Source of the DNA: an uncultured delta proteobacterium
Lineage (GTDB): Bacteria > Desulfobacterota > Binatia > Binatales > Binataceae
Direction: 5' to 3'
Length of the DNA stretch: 64,000 nucleotides
NCBI GenBank assembly: GCA_963794325.1
Contig: CAWCDG010000004.1
Span: 96,001-160,000, forward strand
Positions 60,152 to 64,000 of the stretch are shown piece by piece. Numbering within the stretch: the first letter of the stretch is position 1; each line of letters begins with the position of its first letter. The position numbers and the translations under genes are program-made. The notes under the pieces were generated by a model that saw only the letters and a program-made list of their open reading frames with translations, ran no database searches and was not told the DNA's origin.

Positions 60152-61141
60152 CTAGAAGTCGTAACTTAGAATCGTCTTGAACAACACGGGCGCCGTTATT
60201 TGGTCACCGATCATATTTTGAAAAAATGGGATCTCGACATCTCCATACAGTCTTAAGATCCCCAGTTTGATCTCTGCTCCGGGGGCGATGAGAAAACGCG
60301 TATAGCCGCTGTTCTCATGATTGGCAGCCGCGCCCTGGTCGCGCGCTCGGTCTGAGGCGAGGAAGGTCAGCATTGGCGCGAGTTCCTTAAGCGGGCCGAC
60401 CGAACCGAAGTTATAGTAGGCACCCAGCGCAGAGTCTAACTCCCTGCCCGGCGTGTAGTGGTTCTGGGTGAAAACCGGAATATCTTCGTAGGCCTGTACA
60501 AACCAGTTGAAGGGACGACCCCTGACGGTCAACGGCACCTCTCCCAGGTGAGACGGAAACGTTCCCAGATGGTAAGCGCTGAGAAGGAGATCGGTGCTCC
60601 CAGAGCCAATCTGGGTGTCTCGATCGGCGTGGGGATAGGTCCACCACCCGCTCGGAACCTTCACGCCGGCCATCAGGCCCGTCGACATGTCTTCCGAAAG
60701 CCCGGTGTACATTCCCTGGATACGAATGTCACCGATGGTGTTGAAGTTAGTCCCGAAAATCTGGCCGCTGTCGTTGGTCGATTTGAAGTAGCGAAACGCG
60801 TAAGGAAGCTCCAGCATCACTCCCCACTTCCGATTGAACATGTACTGTCCACCGAGAGTGAGAAAGTGCGTCCGGATAACCTTGTCGCCGTTGTTCGCGC
60901 CGGACGCTATCTGCGTCGCGTGCCAGTTCAGGTACTGATCCTGGAAATCATATTCCAGCCAGACCGTTCCTCCGCCGCCGGTTGGAAACAACGATGCGGT
61001 TCCGACTTCGTACACGCCGCATCCACAGGCGCAGGCCCAACTCAGGCTCGGTGTTAGACCGATCACGAAAATTGTCGCTACCAACACGCGCCTGGCCGTC
61101 TCAGCGAAAGCCTGGCGCTCCGATTTAAGATTCCTCCGCAT
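60152..61141 (-). CDS. Putative outer-membrane beta-barrel with N-terminal CACGC motif
   Basis: Signal peptide SWA-CACGC; IGDIR, GVKVPSG, Q.GSGSTD, C-terminal YDF. Confidence 0.75.
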   Translation of the reverse strand: MRRNLKSERQAFAETARRVLVATIFVIGLTPSLSWACACGCGVYEVGTASLFPTGGGGTVWLEYDFQDQYLNWHATQIASGANNGDKVIRTHFLTLGGQYMFNRKWGVMLELPYAFRYFKSTNDSGQIFGTNFNTIGDIRIQGMYTGLSEDMSTGLMAGVKVPSGWWTYPHADRDTQIGSGSTDLLLSAYHLGTFPSHLGEVPLTVRGRPFNWFVQAYEDIPVFTQNHYTPGRELDSALGAYYNFGSVGPLKELAPMLTFLASDRARDQGAAANHENSGYTRFLIAPGAEIKLGILRLYGDVEIPFFQNMIGDQITAPVLFKTILSYDF

Positions 61142-61238
61142 AAACGTCCACCCCGGCCACTTGTGGCCGCACTACATACTCGCGAAGCCATCCAGCCTGC
61201 GAGCAATCATCTATTGACGAAAATGTGAAAGTGCCCTG

Positions 61239-61559
61239 CTAGCAGAACAGCTTGGGCGGCGGCGGATCGGGAGATTCGGTGAATTTACTTTTCAGAACTG
61301 GAACGAATTGAGCGAGTGTTTCATGCGAAAGAATCCGCGTGCCCATCTCCGGCTGCGCCGGGCGGGCAATCAACACGGCGGCTGGGGCGCCGTCGAGCGA
61401 TTGCAGCGGATGACAGATGTCCATCGAGATGCTCGGCCCTGAGCTATCTGAAATCACGATCACGCCGATCGAAGGCAGACTTGCTATCGCCATGATCAAT
61501 GCCATCGCAGCGGCGATCTGCCTAATCGTAGTGCGATCGATCATGAGTGAGGTCGTCAT
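61239..61559 (-). CDS. Small membrane protein with C-terminal polyproline (DUF2946-like architecture)
   Basis: N-terminal TM, DICHP, ends ESPDPPPPKLFC. Confidence 0.6.
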   Translation of the reverse strand: MTTSLMIDRTTIRQIAAAMALIMAIASLPSIGVIVISDSSGPSISMDICHPLQSLDGAPAAVLIARPAQPEMGTRILSHETLAQFVPVLKSKFTESPDPPPPKLFC

Positions 61560-61560
61560 G

Positions 61561-62172
61561 TTAGCCGCGCGCGCGATCGACGTCAGCCACCACTGCGTCC
61601 GGGCTCACGTCAAGCGCGTTATACTGTCGAATCTGATGGCCGTCGGGAGCGAGCAGGAATGCCTCGATGGAATGCGTAATCGACCCATCGCTCTGGCGCG
61701 TCCGGCGCAGTTTAAATAGCGCGAGCACCTGGTCGATTTTCGCCGGCGGCCCGGTCAGAAAGGTCCAGCCGGCGCCGCTCGCTCCGTGGCTCTGAGCGTA
61801 TTTTGCAAGCTCGGCGGGGCTATCGTGCTCGGGGTCAAGCGTTATCGAGACAATTCTGACGTTGGCTCCCAGAGCCGGACCGAGCTTCTGCGCAATCGCC
61901 GCCATCTTTGCGGTTAGCATTGGGCAAGTCGATGCGCACGAGGTGTAAATAAAATCGATCAACACCGGCTTGCCCTTCAGCGACGCGAGCGAAACCGCGT
62001 TGCCATGCTGATCGATCAGACTTACGTCAGGCAGGCAATCGTTCGCGTTGGCCGCTGGATAGTCGCCCCGGGCTTCGCGATCGCCGCATGCCGACAGAGT
62101 AAGCAGAACCGCGAGACTGACTATTCCCAGAACGAGGCGATAGTATCTGATGTGGCTATTATCAACCTTCAT
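61561..62172 (-). CDS. SCO1/SenC copper chaperone lipoprotein (copy 3, divergent)
   Basis: LSAC lipobox; DFIYTSCASTC, TLDPEHD, ITHS. Confidence 0.92.
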   Translation of the reverse strand: MKVDNSHIRYYRLVLGIVSLAVLLTLSACGDREARGDYPAANANDCLPDVSLIDQHGNAVSLASLKGKPVLIDFIYTSCASTCPMLTAKMAAIAQKLGPALGANVRIVSITLDPEHDSPAELAKYAQSHGASGAGWTFLTGPPAKIDQVLALFKLRRTRQSDGSITHSIEAFLLAPDGHQIRQYNALDVSPDAVVADVDRARG

Positions 62173-62192
62173 CTTGATAGCTATTGAGATAG

Positions 62193-62639
62193 CTAGAAGA
62201 ACGCGCGTCCGGCTTTGAGATCTGACGTCTTGATGCGCACCACTCCGGAAGCGTCTTCATGCGGCAGGCTGACCGGCACGCACGACGCTTTGCCTTGGGC
62301 CATCCGGTCGATGGGATAATGGTTTCCGCACACCCGGCAAATCAATTCGCCGCCAACCACCCGGTAGCCTTTGTGGAACGTGAAACACTGGCGGCATGCG
62401 TCGAATACCGATCGCACCTTGCCGTCGTTGCCGCGCGCAAGCACGAAGCGTAGCCGCTTGCCTGCGTCGTCGGTGTAGCAAAAGAGCCGTGCGCTGCCGG
62501 GGCGTAGTGCAAACGCGTTGACGGCGACCTCGTCATTGCCCGTCACCATGGTGCACTCGGAGATCGCGGTGAACGTCAGAAAGGCTGCCCCCACGGCGAG
62601 CATCAAACCGGCCAGAATTTTGAGTTTTGTAGAACGCAT
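62193..62639 (-). CDS. DUF2318 membrane-anchored Fe-S-type protein
   Basis: FDACRQC....KGY.....LICRVCG..Y......G..SC.P. Confidence 0.85.
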   Translation of the reverse strand: MRSTKLKILAGLMLAVGAAFLTFTAISECTMVTGNDEVAVNAFALRPGSARLFCYTDDAGKRLRFVLARGNDGKVRSVFDACRQCFTFHKGYRVVGGELICRVCGNHYPIDRMAQGKASCVPVSLPHEDASGVVRIKTSDLKAGRAFF

Positions 62640-62673
62640 TGCGGATTAATGCTGTCGCAGCGCCTCGCAGGCG

Positions 62674-63636
62674 TCAAGGCGCGACCGAGTCGGTCAGCAT
62701 TACTTCCTTGATCCTCTCGGTAAGTTCCATGACGCGCAGTCCGTCCTCGGCACTGACCGCCGGCGTGGATCTGCTGCGAACGGAATCGACGAACGCCTTG
62801 ACTTCGTCAGCCAGGGGATCGCCTTCACCAAAATCAATCTGCTCGGCGGAAATTGTGGGAAACTGCGCGCCACGGGCGGGCGGAGTTCTGCGAAAAATCT
62901 GGATGCTGCGCGCTTCGTAATCGACCGAGATATACGCGTCAGGCTGAAAGAAGCGAATCTTGCGCTCGCGCCGCGCCGACACGCGGCTGGAAACCAGATT
63001 TGCGATCAGTCCGCTCCGGAAGCGGACGCGCGCGTTCGCGAGATCGATCCGATCGGTGAGGATCGCGACGCCCACCGCCTCCAGCGACGCGACTTCCGAC
63101 GGCGCCACCGACAGGATCACATCGAGGTCGTGCACCATCAGATCGAGCACCACGTCCACGTCGGTGCCGCGCTCGGTGAACGGCGCGAGCCGATGGCATT
63201 CCACGAACCGCGGATTTTTCACTATCGAATGCAGATGCACCACCGCCGGATTGAACCGCTCGAGGTGGCCGATCTGAAGGATGCGTTTACTCGCTGCGGC
63301 CAGCGCAGCCAGATCCCGCGCTTGCGTCAACTTCTCGGCCATCGGCTTCTCGAGCAGCACGTCGATGCCGGCCTTCAGCATCGCCGATGCGATCTCATGA
63401 TGCGTGACGCCGGGCGACGCGACCGTCACGAGGTCCACCTCGCCCACCAGTTTCCGATAGTCCGCCAGCGGTGTCGCGCCAACTTCCTTTGCCAGCGCCG
63501 CGGCGCGCGCGGTGTCGATATCCACGATGTGCACCAGCTTGATGCCTGCGATCGCGGCGTACTTGCGCGCGTGCAGAGTACCCAGCCGTCCCGCACCGAC
63601 TACTGCGGCGCGCAGCTCAAATACTGGTTTCGGCAT
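62674..63636 (-). CDS. Gfo/Idh/MocA oxidoreductase (GnnA-like)
   Basis: GAGRLG..H, EKP, GHLERFNP, DVVLDLMVHDLD; lies between lpxI and lpxB. Confidence 0.88.
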   Translation of the reverse strand: MPKPVFELRAAVVGAGRLGTLHARKYAAIAGIKLVHIVDIDTARAAALAKEVGATPLADYRKLVGEVDLVTVASPGVTHHEIASAMLKAGIDVLLEKPMAEKLTQARDLAALAAASKRILQIGHLERFNPAVVHLHSIVKNPRFVECHRLAPFTERGTDVDVVLDLMVHDLDVILSVAPSEVASLEAVGVAILTDRIDLANARVRFRSGLIANLVSSRVSARRERKIRFFQPDAYISVDYEARSIQIFRRTPPARGAQFPTISAEQIDFGEGDPLADEVKAFVDSVRSRSTPAVSAEDGLRVMELTERIKEVMLTDSVAP

Positions 63637-64000
63637 AGCCGTATATCGTCACGTTTTTCGCGCGCGCGAGTTCGAGCGTGCGATCGCTTTCGAGAATCAG
63701 CGCGACCCCGGCTTCCAGGCCGATCATCGATGCACCGATCTCGGCGAGCAATTCCACCGTCGCCGGGCCTATCGCCGGACGGTCGAAGCGCATGTCCTGT
63801 CCCGGCTTCGCCGCTTTTGCGATCACCAGTCCCGCGCCGACGAGAGCCGCCGCCCGGCGCAGCGCGGCGTCCGTTCCCTCCAGCGCCTCCACCGCGGCGA
63901 CCATTCCGTCGCGAACGGCGACCGTCTGCCCGATGTCGTAGCTGCCGAGGCGCCGCGCTACCTCGAATGCGAGCGCGAGATCGCGGCGTTGCACGGGAGT
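63617..64000 (-). CDS. lpxI: UDP-2,3-diacylglucosamine diphosphatase LpxI (5' part outside window)
   Basis: DIGQTV.V, AVEA.EGTD, K..KP.QD.RFD.P.IG..T. Confidence 0.9.
   Translation of the reverse strand, partial: TPVQRRDLALAFEVARRLGSYDIGQTVAVRDGMVAAVEALEGTDAALRRAAALVGAGLVIAKAAKPGQDMRFDRPAIGPATVELLAEIGASMIGLEAGVALILESDRTLELARAKNVTIYGYAETSI

Noticed and set aside
53582-62673. att sites or target duplication bounding the copper cluster
   Set aside because: Only a 7-bp TGTCGCA match near both ends, expected by chance; no integrase or tRNA

Overview
GC-rich bacterial chromosome segment. The gene content (DUF1329 protein, choice-of-anchor surface proteins, a delta-type lipid A operon, a split nuo operon) suggests a Binatota/Binataceae-like soil organism, but this is inference only. 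Contents in order: secreted surface proteins (1-6.8 kb); moaA and metabolic genes; an operon at 14.3-18.7 kb whose first gene carries two metal-site motifs spaced exactly like the CuC and CuD sites of PmoC/AmoC, followed by a weakly PmoA-like half, and whose second gene is a His/Met-rich membrane-anchored protein with an N-terminal His (best candidate for an undescribed copper membrane monooxygenase-like system); a porin and hybrid kinase; a RIO1 kinase behind a leader-peptide/terminator; amgK-murU; nuoA-C-D; LPS genes; yicC-gmk-rel-ridA; mazEF; and a lipid A operon interrupted by a ~9 kb copper-handling cluster (3 SCO, 2 PCYCGC-type, CopC/D, TlpA, MauE, two outer-membrane proteins). About ten single-base indels break otherwise intact genes and most likely reflect sequencing or assembly error. 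No rRNA, tRNA, CRISPR array, transposase or integrase was seen. All family calls come from reading motifs by eye; no database search was run.
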